64,000 nucleotides of DNA from Tubulanus polymorphus (lineage: Eukaryota > Animalia > Nemertea). The notes under the pieces are model-generated. The model was not told where the DNA came from, ran no database searches, and saw nothing but the letters and a program-made list of their open reading frames with translations. A program made the translations under genes and the position numbers. Below are positions 52,601 to 64,000 of this stretch, piece by piece. Every line of letters begins with the position of its first letter. The stretch's first letter is position 1. Where the stretch lies: the NCBI RefSeq assembly GCF_964204645.1, contig NC_134033.1:888131-952130 (forward strand). Direction: 5' to 3'.

Positions 52601-55033
52601 AGTTGACAGTACTGAGTTGATCGCAGGGTTAGATGACCACCGCGCGTTGACGGTAAATGATAGCAGAGCCAGTTTATCACGCGGTGAGTTGACATTAGGT
52701 TCAGTTGACCGGCGCGCGTTGACGGTAAATGATAGCAGAGCCAGTTTATTACGCGGTGAGTTGACATTAGGTTCAGTTGACCACCGCGCGTTGACGGTAA
52801 ATGATAGCAGAGCCAGTTTATCACGCGGTGAGTTGACATTAGGTTCAGTTGACCGGCGCGCGTTGACGGTAAATGATAGCAGAGCCAGTTTATTACGCGG
52901 TGAGTTGACATTAGGTTCAGTTGACCACCGCGCGTTGACGGTAAATGATAGCAGAGCCAGTTTATCACGCGGTGAGTTGACATTAGGTTCAGTTGACCGG
53001 CGCGCGTTGACGGTAAATGATAGCAGAGCCAGTTTATTACGCGGTGAGTTGACATTAGGTTCAGTTGACCACCGCGCGTTGACGGTAAATGATAGCAGTG
53101 CCAGTTTATCACGCGGTGAGTTGACATTAGGTTCAGTTGACCACCGCGCGTTGACGGTAAATGATAGCGGTGCCAGTCGATCGCTACTTTAATCAAAACG
53201 TAAACGTAAACGATCATAAGCGGAATATCGCGATGGTGATGAAGCGTTTACGAATTTTAAAACGAGTCTAATTACGCGAAGTAACCAAACGTAGTAACGA
53301 ACGAACGAACGAACGAACGAAGGAACGAGGTGATTCAGCTCCTTTAACTCCTTCCACTACCCGATTACACAACGTACACTTTCAACAAAATTTTTCTTTC
53401 TGGAAAATATCTCGAGATCGCAAGCGAGTAATTTGTGCACTGGAACGTTTGTGATTCGACCTGTTTCATTATTACTCGCGATCGTGACGTATTGGACTAT
53501 ATACGACAGCCCTATGACAGATAGCGGGTTACTGAATCTACGACGGATAGCGGGTTACTGGATCCATGACATATAGCAGGTTACTGGATCCATGACAGAT
53601 AGCGGGTTACTGGATCCACGACAGATAGCGGGTTACTGGATCTACGACAGATAGCGGGTTACTGGATCCACCACAGATAGCGGGTTACTGGATCCACCAC
53701 AGATAGCGGGTTACTGGATCCATGACAGATAGCGGGTTACTGGATCCACGACAGATAGCGGGTTACTGGATCCACCACAGATAGCGGGTTACTGGATCCA
53801 CGACAGATAGCGGGTTACTTGATCCTTGGTGTCTCAACTCAGTTCGTCTCGTTTCTTTGTTACTGATGAACATGACGTATTGTATCATATAAGCCTTTTC
53901 GCTGTGGGTATCATTCAACTTTCATACTCGATATCGCATTGTATGAGACGGTCCCGTAAGACTGGATAGCATAGCAGGTGACTCTCACGCATTTATATCA
54001 GATAGTCTCTTGACTGATAACAGCAAACCTGATGTTTCGATAGATCGAATTGTTTCCATGTTACTTTACATCGCAAGATTGATGTTTTGTAATCACATTG
54101 GTTTGGTACATTTTTTTCTGAATGCGATTTTTCACACTGTTCGGCACATCCTGCTTTACAGTTCATATCATAACAGCAGCAAATTGTAGAAACTGAAAAA
54201 CAACAAAATAATCAAAATATAAATTTCAATCCGATCAAAATATTACAAAGCTACAAAGTAATTCGAATACAAGGAATTATGAGAAAGAAATATTTACCTG
54301 ATTTGCTTGAGTTGTTTGTCCAGTTGATGGAACTGATAGCGATACCGTCCACGAGACGCAACTGATAGCGATACCATCCACGAGACGCAACTGATAGCGA
54401 TACTGTCCACGAGACGCAACTGATAGCGATACCGTCCACTAGAAGCAACTGATAGCGATACTGTCCACGAGATGCAACTGATAGCGATACCGTCCACGAG
54501 ATGCAACTGATAGTGATACTGTCCACGAGATGCAACTGATAGCGATACTGTCCACGAGATGCAACTGATAGCGATACCGTCCACGAGATGCAACTGATAG
54601 TGATACTGTCCACGAGATGCAACTGATAGTGATACTGTCCACGAGATGCAACTGATAGCGATACCGTCCACGAGACGCAACTGATAGCGATACTGTCCAC
54701 GAGACGCAACTGATAGCGATACTGTCCACGAGATGCAACTGATAGCGATACCGTCCACGAGACGCTACTGATAGCGATACTGTCCACGAGACGCAACTGA
54801 TAGCGATACTGTCCACGAGATGCAACTGATAGCAATATAGTGGATTTTGATTGATCAGATTTGTTCACACTGTACGACGTTGTTTTTGCGAAGCAGTGTT
54901 TTCCGGTTCATAGTAACAACAGCAAATTGGAGAAACTGAAATAAAACAAAATATAAATACAGATTTCAAACACATCAAAATATTACACAAAACTACAAAT
55001 TTTAAAGTGAGAAGTGATGAGAAAGATAATTAC
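46620..55033 (-). ncRNA. Candidate spliced lncRNA (eight ~98-111 nt GT-AG introns)
   Basis: Minus-strand AATCAG|GTAAAT or GTAATT donors paired with TTTTTCAG or TTATTTCAG acceptors: 46620-46730, 46992-47089, 49400-49510, 50149-50246, 51680-51784, 52364-52461, 54193-54297, 54936-55033. The exon between each pair has stops in all three frames. Confidence 0.5.
48643..48706 (+). mobile_element. Degenerate tRNA-derived sequence
   Basis: TGGCTCATTGGTAAGAG ... CAGGTTCGATTCCTG (A-box, then B-box within a T-arm hairpin); no intact cloverleaf. Confidence 0.4.
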
Positions 55034-56673
55034 CTGATTTGCTTGAGTTGTTTGCCCAGTTGACCGTTGAATGTTGGTGGAGTAATAAGACTGAATGACT
55101 CCAAGATAGAGTTGACATTAGATCTGACCATTGAGTCGACATTTAGCCGAGAGTAGCGTTGACTGCAGTTTGAGTTGACAGTACTGAGTTGATCGCAGGG
55201 TTAGATGACCACCGCGCGTTGACGGTAAATGATAGCAGTGCCAGTCGATCGCGTGGTGAGTTGACAGTAGATTCAGTTGACCACTGCGCGTTGACGGTAA
55301 ATGATAGCAGAGCCAGTTTATCACGCGGTGAGTTGACATTAGGTTCAGTTGACCACCGCGCGTTGACGGTAAATGATAGCGGTGCCAGTCGATCGCTACT
55401 TTAATCAAAACGTAAACGTTAACGATCATAAGCGGAATATCGCGATGGTAGCGGATCCGGGTTCGACGACGACGACGAATCGAGACAAGTAAAAGGATGG
55501 TCCGGGTAAAGCCTTTTACGAAATATAATCGAACAAAAACCATTTATGATTACAATAAAGCTCCACTGCGGCATAAAAATCCCTCAACTAACCCGTGGTA
55601 TATCCCTGAACCAAATAAACAAGAATCCTATATTGGGCGGGTAAAATGTGATAATATGAGAGGAACAAGTTTATCGCGATATCAATATTAAAAAGTAAAC
55701 AGGGTAAAACATTTCTTCACAGGAATGTTTTCATGTACAGTAAAAATACCAAGGTTACGCCCTCAGTTACAACTGATCTAAACATTAAGTCAGTTTGTAT
55801 TATTGAATCTATTTACATAAGATGGCAGTTATACTGCGTAATGAAATCTGGTTTCAGTAAAAAACGGCGAAGGTATCTTCAGAAGGGAAAAAAATCTCAA
55901 TGAAATCTGGTTTCAGTAAAAACTATAGATCGAAGGGAAAAAAATCTCAATGAAATCTGGTTTCAGTAAAAACTGCAAACCTTCAGCAATCTATTTCATC
56001 GCAAAATATCAGAGTACAGCAAAACTCTGTATTCAACATTAGATCAGATTTTAAGACTTTTTACATAAGATGGCAGTTAAACTGCTAATGAAATATGGTT
56101 TCAGGAAAACCATAAACCTTTAGCAATCTATTTCATTGTGAAATAGATGAAAATATATATAGTTGACCTCATCATCACATTGTTATAACGGGTGGGTGGG
56201 GCCCCCCAAAACATTTTGAAGTCCAAGGGCCCCCAACTAGATCTAATTGCCAAGCCACATAAAGATCAGTAATAATATATATAAAGACCATCAACGGTCC
56301 ACAGTTAAAGTGTCGCAACACTGCAACACATATTCGGATGATAATAATTATCATCATTATCCCGAGGCTCACGCCAATTTATCGAGTTCAAAAAAGTGAC
56401 TTGGCAATGTTCCGCAGCGGAGAAAAAATCGATAAAAAACATCCCGGGACCCACCAAAAAAATAAAAGGGTACTTACTGGCAAAAGCAGACGCATACAGT
56501 CGACAGAGGCTCAGATCACAGCGCCGCAGCATAAACCGTGGAACAGCGCAGAAGCAGTGAAGCACGGACAGAGGAGAGCATGGAAGAGGCGAAGGTATCT
56601 TCAGATAGATCGAAGGCAAAAAAAGGGTAACCAGCAGCAAAACACACGTAGTCAACTAATTTGACCTACGAAA

Positions 56674-57240
56674 TAACGAATGAGTAGTCGTATACTTGAA
56701 CTAACGAATGAGTAGTCGTATACTTGAACTAACGAATGAGTAGTCGTATACTTGAACTAACGAATGAGTAGTCGTATACTTGAACTAACGAATGAGTAGT
56801 CGTATACTTGAACTAACGAATGAGTAGTCGTATACTTGAACTAACGAATGAGTAGTCGTATACTTGAACTAACGAATGAGTAGTCGTATACTTGAACTAA
56901 CGAATGAGTAGTCGTATACTTGAACTAACGAATGAGTAGTCGTATACTTGAACTAACGAATGAGTAGTCGTATACTTGAACTAACGAATGAGTAGTCGTA
57001 TACTTGAACTAACGAATGAGTAGTCGTATACTTGAACTAACGAATGAGTAGTCGTATACTTGAACTAACGAATGAGTAGTCGTATACTTGAACTAACGAA
57101 TGAGTAGTCGTATACTTGAACTAACGAATGAGTAGTCGTATACTTGAACTAACGAATGAGTAGTCGTATACTTGAACTAACGAATGAGTAGTCGTATACT
57201 TGAACTAACGAATGAGTAGTCATACTCTTTGAACTAACGA
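56674..57240. repeat. 28-bp near-perfect minisatellite (~20 copies)
   Basis: TAACGAATGAGTAGTCGTATACTTGAAC, essentially invariant. Confidence 0.95.
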
Positions 57241-57479
57241 ACACACTTAGTTTTACATCCAAGATAAAAGCTTGGTTTAGTTGTAGTGAGTATGTTGTAA
57301 ACATACTTACATCAAAAATATTGAAAATATTCCTGGATAAGATGCAGAAAGCGAGTGCAACTTCATACATAGAGAAAGGCTAATGCCTGAACTTTTAACA
57401 TGAATAACTGCATCGTACTGTAAACTCATTAACAATTACTACCAATTAATGAAACGAATATCTCGGCATTTTTATATAT

Positions 57480-60400
57480 AGGGGATATAGTTTATCTTAC
57501 CCCAAAGTGAAGAAATGATTCTTGTGGAGCTTATCTTACTCCAAAGAGAAGATCCATGTATTACTAAATAAATAGGGGTCATATTCATCTTACCTCAAAG
57601 TAAAAGATTCTTACAGGAGCAGCTTGTCTTGTATTTCTTATGTTATATTTATCTTACCCGTAGGAAAAATGAGATTCTAACAGGGGTGGCTTATCTTACC
57701 ACATAGTGAAATGATTCTGACAGGGGTAGCTCATCTTACCCCAAAGTGAAGATTCATGTATTACTAAATAAATAGGGGTTATATTCATCTTACCCCAAAG
57801 TAAAAATTTCTCACAGGGGTAGTTTATCTTACCCCAAAGTAAAAGATTCTTACAGGGGTAGCTTATCTTACTCCAAAGAGAAAAGAGATTCTTACAGGGG
57901 TAGTTTATCTTACCCCATAGTAAAATGATTCTTACAGGGATAGCTTATCTTACCCCAAAGTAAAAGATTCTGACAGGGGTAGTTTATCTTACCCCAAAGT
58001 AAAAGATTTTTACAGGGGTAGCTTATCTTACTCCAAAGAGAAAAGAGATTCTTACAGGGGTAGTTTATCTTACCCCATAGTAAAATGATTCTTACAGGGA
58101 TAGCTTATCTTACCCCAAAGTAAAAGATTCTTACAGGGGTAGTTTATCTTACCCCAAAGGTAAAAGATTCTTACAGGGGTAGTTTATCTTACCCCATAGT
58201 AAAATGATTCTTACAGGGATAGCTTATCTTACCCCAAAGTAAAAGATTCTTACAGGGGTAGTTTATCTTACCCCAAAGGTAAAAGATTCTTACAGGGGTA
58301 GTTTATCTTACCCCATAGTAAAATGATTCTTACAGGGATAGCTTATCTTACCCCAAAGTAAAAGATTCTTACAGGGGTAGTTTATCTTACCCCAAAGGTA
58401 AAAGATTCTTACAGGGGTAGTTTATCTTACCCCATAGTAAAATGATTCTTACAGGGATAGCTTATCTTACCCCAAAGTAAAAGATTCTTACAGGGGTAGT
58501 TTATCTTACCCCAAAGAGAAGATCATGTATTGCTAAATAAATAGGGGTTATATTCATCTTACCCCAAAGTAAAAGATTCTTACAGGGGTAGTTTATCTTA
58601 CCCCATAGTAAAATGATTCTTACAAGGATAGCTTATCTTACCCCAAAGTAAAAGATTCTTACAGGGATAGCTTATCTTACTCCAAAGGTTAAAGAGATTC
58701 TTACAGGGGTAGTTTATCTTACCCCAAAGTAAACAGATTCTTACAGGGGCAGTTTATCTTACCCCAAAGAGAAGATTCATGTATTACTAAATAAATAGGG
58801 GTTATATTTATCTTACCCCAAAGGTAAAATATTCTTACAGGGGTAGTTTATCTTACCCCAAAGTAAACAGATTCTTACAGGGGTAGCTTATCTTACCCCG
58901 AAAAGAAGATCGGGGTTTGAACTCACAGACTGAGCTCAAACTAGTAAGCCTTACCTCTCCTCAAGGATAGCTATACATAACATACACCAAGCTTATCTTA
59001 CCCCAAGTGAAACATTTTTACAGGGGTTGTAGCCTATCTTACCTCAAAGTGAAGAAAAGATTCTGACAAGTTTTTCTTTTATTAATAATGTTATATTTAT
59101 CTTACCCGTAGGAGAAATGAGATTCTAGGAGTAGTTTACCCCAAAGTGATATGATTTTTACAGGGGTAGCTCATCTTACCCCAAAGTGAAGAAAAGATAC
59201 AGGAACAGTTTGTCTTGTATTTTTACGATGGATATTTTTCTAAGAAATGTTGCTGCTTATGAGAGAAATGAGATTCTAACAGGGGTAGTTTATCTTACCC
59301 CACAGGGCAAAGAGATTCTAACAGGAGCAGTTTATCTTGCCCCAAAATGAAAACATTTTTCCAGGGGTAGCTTATCTTACCCCAAAGAGAAGAGATTCTT
59401 ACAGGAGCAGTTTGTTTTCCCCCAAAATAAACAGATTCTTACAGGGGTAGCTTATCTTACCCCCAAAGAAAAGATTCACTGAATAAACAGGGTAGTTTAT
59501 CTTACCCCAAAGATACTCACAGGGGAAGTATGTCTTACCCCAAAGATACTCACAGGGGAAGTATGTCTTACCCCAGAGAGGATTGTTTAGGGTTTGAACT
59601 CATCTAGTTAGCCATACCTCTCCTCAAGGGTACTTAACATACATCAAGCTTATCTTACCCCAAGTGAAACATTTTTACAGGGGTTACATTTATCTTATCC
59701 CAACGGAAAAAGTTTCTTGCAGGGGTAGTTTATCTTACCCCAAAGTAAGAAAAGATTCTTACATGAACAGTTTATCTTTCCCCAAAAAGAAGAAAAGATT
59801 CATGTATTACTAAACAAGGGTTGTAGTTTATTTTACCCAAAAGGTAAAAAAAACACTTTTACAGGACTATTTTATCTAGGTCAAAAGCATATATCACCAC
59901 AAAGTACAGATTCATGGCTTACTAAACAGGGTTTGTAGCTTAACCTACCCCAAAGTAATAAGATTCTTACAGGGGTAGCTTATCTTACCCCGAAAAGAAG
60001 ATCGGGGTTTGAACTCACAGACTGAGCTTAAACTAGTAAGCCTTACCTCTCCTCAAGGGTACATAACATACACCAAGCTTATCTCACCCCAAGTGAAACA
60101 TTTTTACAGGGGTTGTAGCCTATCTTACCTCAAAGTGAAGAAAAGATTCTGACAAGTTTTTCTTTTATTAATAATGTTATATTTATCTTACCCGTAGGAG
60201 AAATGAGATTCTAGGAGTAGTTTACCCCAAAGTGATATGATTTTTACAGGGGTAGCTCATCTTACCCCAAAGTGAAGAAAAGATACAGGAACAGTTTGTC
60301 TTGTATTTTTACGATGGATATTTTTCTAAGAAATGTTGCTGCTTATGAGAGAAATGAGATTCTAACAGGGGTAGTTTATCTTACCCCACAGGGCAAAGAG

Positions 60401-61400
60401 ATTCTAACAGGAGCAGTTTATCTTGCCCCAAAATGAAAACATTTTTCCAGGGGTAGCTTATCTTACCCCAAAGAGAAGAGATTCTTACAGGAGCAGTTTG
60501 TTTTCCCCCAAAATAAACAGATTCTTACAGGGATAGTTTATCTTACCCCAAAGAGAAGATTCACTGAATAAACAGGGTAGTTTATCTTACCCCAAAGAGA
60601 AGATACACTGAATAAACAGGGGTTGTAGCTTATCTTACCCCAAAGATACTCACAGGGGAAGTATGTCTTACCCCAGAGAGGATTGTTTGGGGTTTGAACT
60701 CATCTAGTTAGCCATACCTCTCCTCAAGGGTACTTAACATACATCAAGCTTATCTTACCCCAAGTGAAACATTTTTACAGGGGTTACATTTATCTTACCC
60801 CAACAGAAAAAGTTTCTTGCAGGGGTAGTTTATCTTACCCCAAAGTAAGAATAGACTCTTACATGAACAGTTTATCTTTCCCCAAAAAGAAAAGATTCAT
60901 GTATTACTAAACAGGGTTTGTAGCGTTTATCTTACCCCAAAAGAGAAGGGATTCTTACTCTTACAGGAGCAGTATATTGATCTTTTACCCAAAAAGATTC
61001 TTGTATTACTAAAATAAACATGGGTAGTTTATCTTACCCCAAAGAGAAAGGAGATTCTAACAGGGGTATTTCGTCGTACCCCAAAGAGATTCTAACAGGT
61101 GGTCACCCTAATAATAAAAAGATTCTAACAGGGGTAGTTTATCTTACCCTAAAGAGAAGAGATTCTAACAGGGGTAGCTTATCTTACCCCAAAGTGGAAA
61201 TATTTTTACAGGTGCAGTTTATATAGGTCAAAAGTGAAAAGCTTATATTAGCACAAAGTACAGATTCATGTATCGCTAAACAGGGGTTGATAGCTTAAAT
61301 CTTACCCCAAAGTGATTCCATCAGGTGCAGTTTATCTTACTTCCAAAAGAAGATTCTTGTATTACTAAACTGGGGCGGTATTCAACTTATCCCAAAGTGA
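57480..61400. repeat. ~39-41-bp hairpin satellite with higher-order repeats
   Basis: TTATCTTACCCCAAAGTAAAAGATTCTTACAGGGGTAG(T/C) monomer; homogeneous core 57.8-58.9 kb, degenerate flanks. Confidence 0.9.
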
Positions 61401-62647
61401 AAAAAGATTCGTATGATAATAACCGATGGATCATTAACCGGGTATTGATACAAAAATAAGTGTTAGATACGCACATTCTCAAATTATAGACACCACACAA
61501 AAACCATAAGATTCTACCGCATTTGAATCGAACTATAACGTTGTCCGCCCTTCACGGAGGAAATAGTAAACGGCGCAGAATTCATACAGAAAACAATAGT
61601 TTCAACGACAGTCTTAATAACGACACAGCTAAATTCAGGGAAGTAAAACCCATTTGGAAATATGGTTATGAACGTCCATTTCAATCGTAATCTAATTTTG
61701 CTAGATTTTAATCTAAGTTTGCTCCGATTTCAATTCTAATGAAATAAATCATTTTGCAAAATTATCGAAGTCTAATTATACTTTTTCTTCCTACGTTATA
61801 ATATGGCTGCCTCCTCTTTACGCTTTGTTTTAACTAATTATCGCGCTCGCAACTTCTGCACGTTGAATGACAGAAGAAACTAAGCTATTTGTAACACAGC
61901 CGAGACGACTCAATGGTCACCGGGAAGAGCCCAGATACACTTCTCTATTCCCTAATAAAAATTTGGGTGCGGGTAACAAAGTTATAATAGGAAAAGGCCG
62001 GCAGACTTAAAATTGGCCGACCTGAAGGAAAGAATTCTCAATGTCACCAATTGATGCAGATCTCTAGATAAACGAATGCAGACCCCGTTCCAGCTGCTGC
62101 CTTCCCAGTTAGGCGCCCTAGGCAGCGGACCCTCCGGCAGCCGCACCCTGCTGCGCAGAGGTGGTCCCGTCGCGTGGACGGGCGGCTGTGGGAGGGGGAG
62201 TTACGGGAGGTAAGCATCATCTCATCGAAAAGAGCCCGCGTTGGTGCCGTGAAAGTAAGTTTGATTTGCGTCAAATCATTTTAAGTTCGATAATCTGGGC
62301 AGGGTTTTATAGACCACATCATTTTCTCCTAGGGGTAAATCCTCAACCTTGGCCCGATTTCATAGACCGGGTTTCAATGTTGCCCCTAGCGGTAAATCCT
62401 CAACATAGGTGACAACCACCATTGTAACAATGATAAACTATGGTAATAACTGACAAATTTTTAAATGTTTCCATTTCGAACCACTTTTCAAGTGATTTTC
62501 GCGTCTCTGCACCCACAGTTCATGGTTATTCATGAAGACTTGACCATTATTTCCTGTTTTTAAGTCATGTAGATTATTATCATTGTGGTTCACCAATGAT
62601 TATGAGGATATTTTATTGTTTTCAAAATTTGCATCGGAAAAAGAATT

Positions 62648-62968
62648 ATCCCTGAACCTTTCCGGTCCTACCGAGCTATTCACATATAGAATCCCTGAAT
62701 CTCTCCGGTCCTACCGAGCTATTCACATATAGAATCCCTGAACCGAGCTATTCACATATAGAATCCCTGAACCTTTCTGGTCCTACCGAGCTATTCACAT
62801 ATAGAATCCCTGAACCTTTCCGGTCCTACCGAGCTATTCACATGTAGAATCCCTGAACCTTTCCGGTCCTACCGAGCTATTCACATGTAGAATCCCTGAA
62901 CCTTTCCGGTCCTACCGAGCTATTCACATATAGAATCCCTGAACCTTTCCGGTCCTACCGAGCTATTC
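62648..62968. repeat. 43-bp minisatellite (~7.5 copies)
   Basis: GAATCCCTGAACCTTTCCGGTCCTACCGAGCTATTCACAT(A/G)TA tandem. Confidence 0.92.
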
Positions 62969-63663
62969 TGATACCGAATTCTCCAAACAGTAAGAAATCA
63001 TTTAATGTTTCGATGATTTAATCAATGTTGATCGTTTTGTTTTTTCCAGAGAGACGAGATACCGCAACTGCGCCGCTCCCCGCGGCTACAATGCCGTCGA
63101 GTAAGTTTGAATTATTTACTGAGTTAGTGGTATTCCAGATCTGATAACGACTTTGAGAGTAGTGCCTCCATTTTTAAGAGCTTTGAAATATCAAAATACT
63201 TTCAAGATCACAATGATTTCTAGTTGTGGTTATTTTTCGATCTCTTTCATCTGAACCTTGGCAGTGGGAGGGGGAGTTACGGGAGGTAAGCATCATCCTA
63301 ATTTGTTTATTTAACAATCATTGAAGAGATTAGGCGGAATATCGCCGTGGATCCGCGGTATTTAGTTAATTTTTTGACGCGATGTAAGTACAACTTTTTG
63401 CACTTATATTAAACTCTCTACTTTCTCTTTTCACTGATCACATCATTTTTCATCCCCCGCTCGTGTTGAGATAAATATCCTCAACGTATATTGAATAAAG
63501 TACTGGCTGTAATGGTGTAAAACTATCTCGCTCTATCCGTTATCAATTACACTTTCCTGTTCGACCGATAATCAGAAGATTATGTATCAAAAGAAATCCT
63601 AAATTATCTCAAATACTGACAAAACTTGAGAGTGAGAAGCAAAAAACATTTTCATGCTGGTAT

Positions 63664-63985
63664 CACGGTTCCCTCAGTTATATGAATTCAGAATTCCCAA
63701 GTATTTCATGGGTGATTTTTCAATTTTCCCAAATGGCAATGAACACATATCGTCATGCAACAGTCAACATTTTAGCGGTGACTGGTTGATAAAGGTGATT
63801 TTCAAGGGAAACTGCTGAAGAAAGTCGCCCTTGGCAAATTACAACATGTGAAATATAATGAATTTCCCAAGTATTTTCCTGATATAAGGAAAATTTTTTT
63901 CAAATTCCCAAATATTTCCAAACCGGGAATTATTATTACAAAATTCCCAAGTTTTTCCCAATTTCCCTGTTCTGTGGGAACCATA
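63664..63985. mobile_element. hAT-like MITE
   Basis: CACGGTTCCCTCAG ... CTGTGGGAACCAT imperfect TIRs; repeated internal TTCCCAA motifs; no clean 8-bp TSD. Confidence 0.5.
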
Positions 63986-64000
63986 CGGTATAATCCGCAC

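Larger units (their letters stand above)
45795..55448 (-). repeat. Second tandem array: ~2.2-2.4 kb units, each with 26-bp, 29-bp and 72-bp VNTRs and two short candidate introns
   Basis: Unit start GATGAAGCGTTTACGAATTTT at ~45795, ~50879, ~53238; partial unit 49370-50878; 1.8 kb of different sequence at 47560-49370. Confidence 0.92.

Noticed and set aside
56338-56664. 108-aa basic ORF
   Set aside because: No recognisable domain or splice support; overlapping antisense ORF of similar size suggests chance.
57480-61400. CRISPR-like look (TTATCTTACCCC repeat with variable intervening sequence and hairpin)
   Set aside because: Intervening segments are mutually homologous rather than unique spacers, no cas genes are visible, and the context is eukaryotic.
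62090-62200. Possible HDV-like ribozyme (TCCACGC loop-like motif on minus strand)
   Set aside because: Could not build consistent P1/P2/P3 pairing by eye.

Overview
Repeat-rich animal (probably invertebrate) genomic DNA with spliceosomal introns. Almost every ORF in the supplied track is an artefact of microsatellites or tandem repeats, and the track misses the real coding signal. That signal is: (1) a minus-strand, single-coding-exon type I membrane LRR protein (<1..1421, runs off the left edge); (2) the last three plus-strand exons (20094-20200, 22113-22244, 22674-22790) of a gustatory-receptor-like (GRL/7TM ion channel superfamily) membrane protein, whose upstream exons are not visible, so the LRR gene probably lies antisense in a >20 kb intron; (3) an isolated, frameshifted SH2 fragment resembling Shark/HTK16 kinases. 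The right half holds two large tandem arrays: four ~3.5 kb units (~29.0-42.6 kb) and ~2.2-2.4 kb units (~45.8-55.4 kb). Both carry repeated minus-strand splice signals but no spliced ORF, suggesting an exon-amplified, VNTR-bearing lncRNA. Also present are an inverted-plus-tandem Penelope-type minimal hammerhead array, piggyBac-like and other MITEs, a truncated LINE, tRNA-derived SINE heads, many minisatellites and a ~4 kb hairpin satellite with higher-order structure. All coordinates and translations were read by eye; no searches were run.
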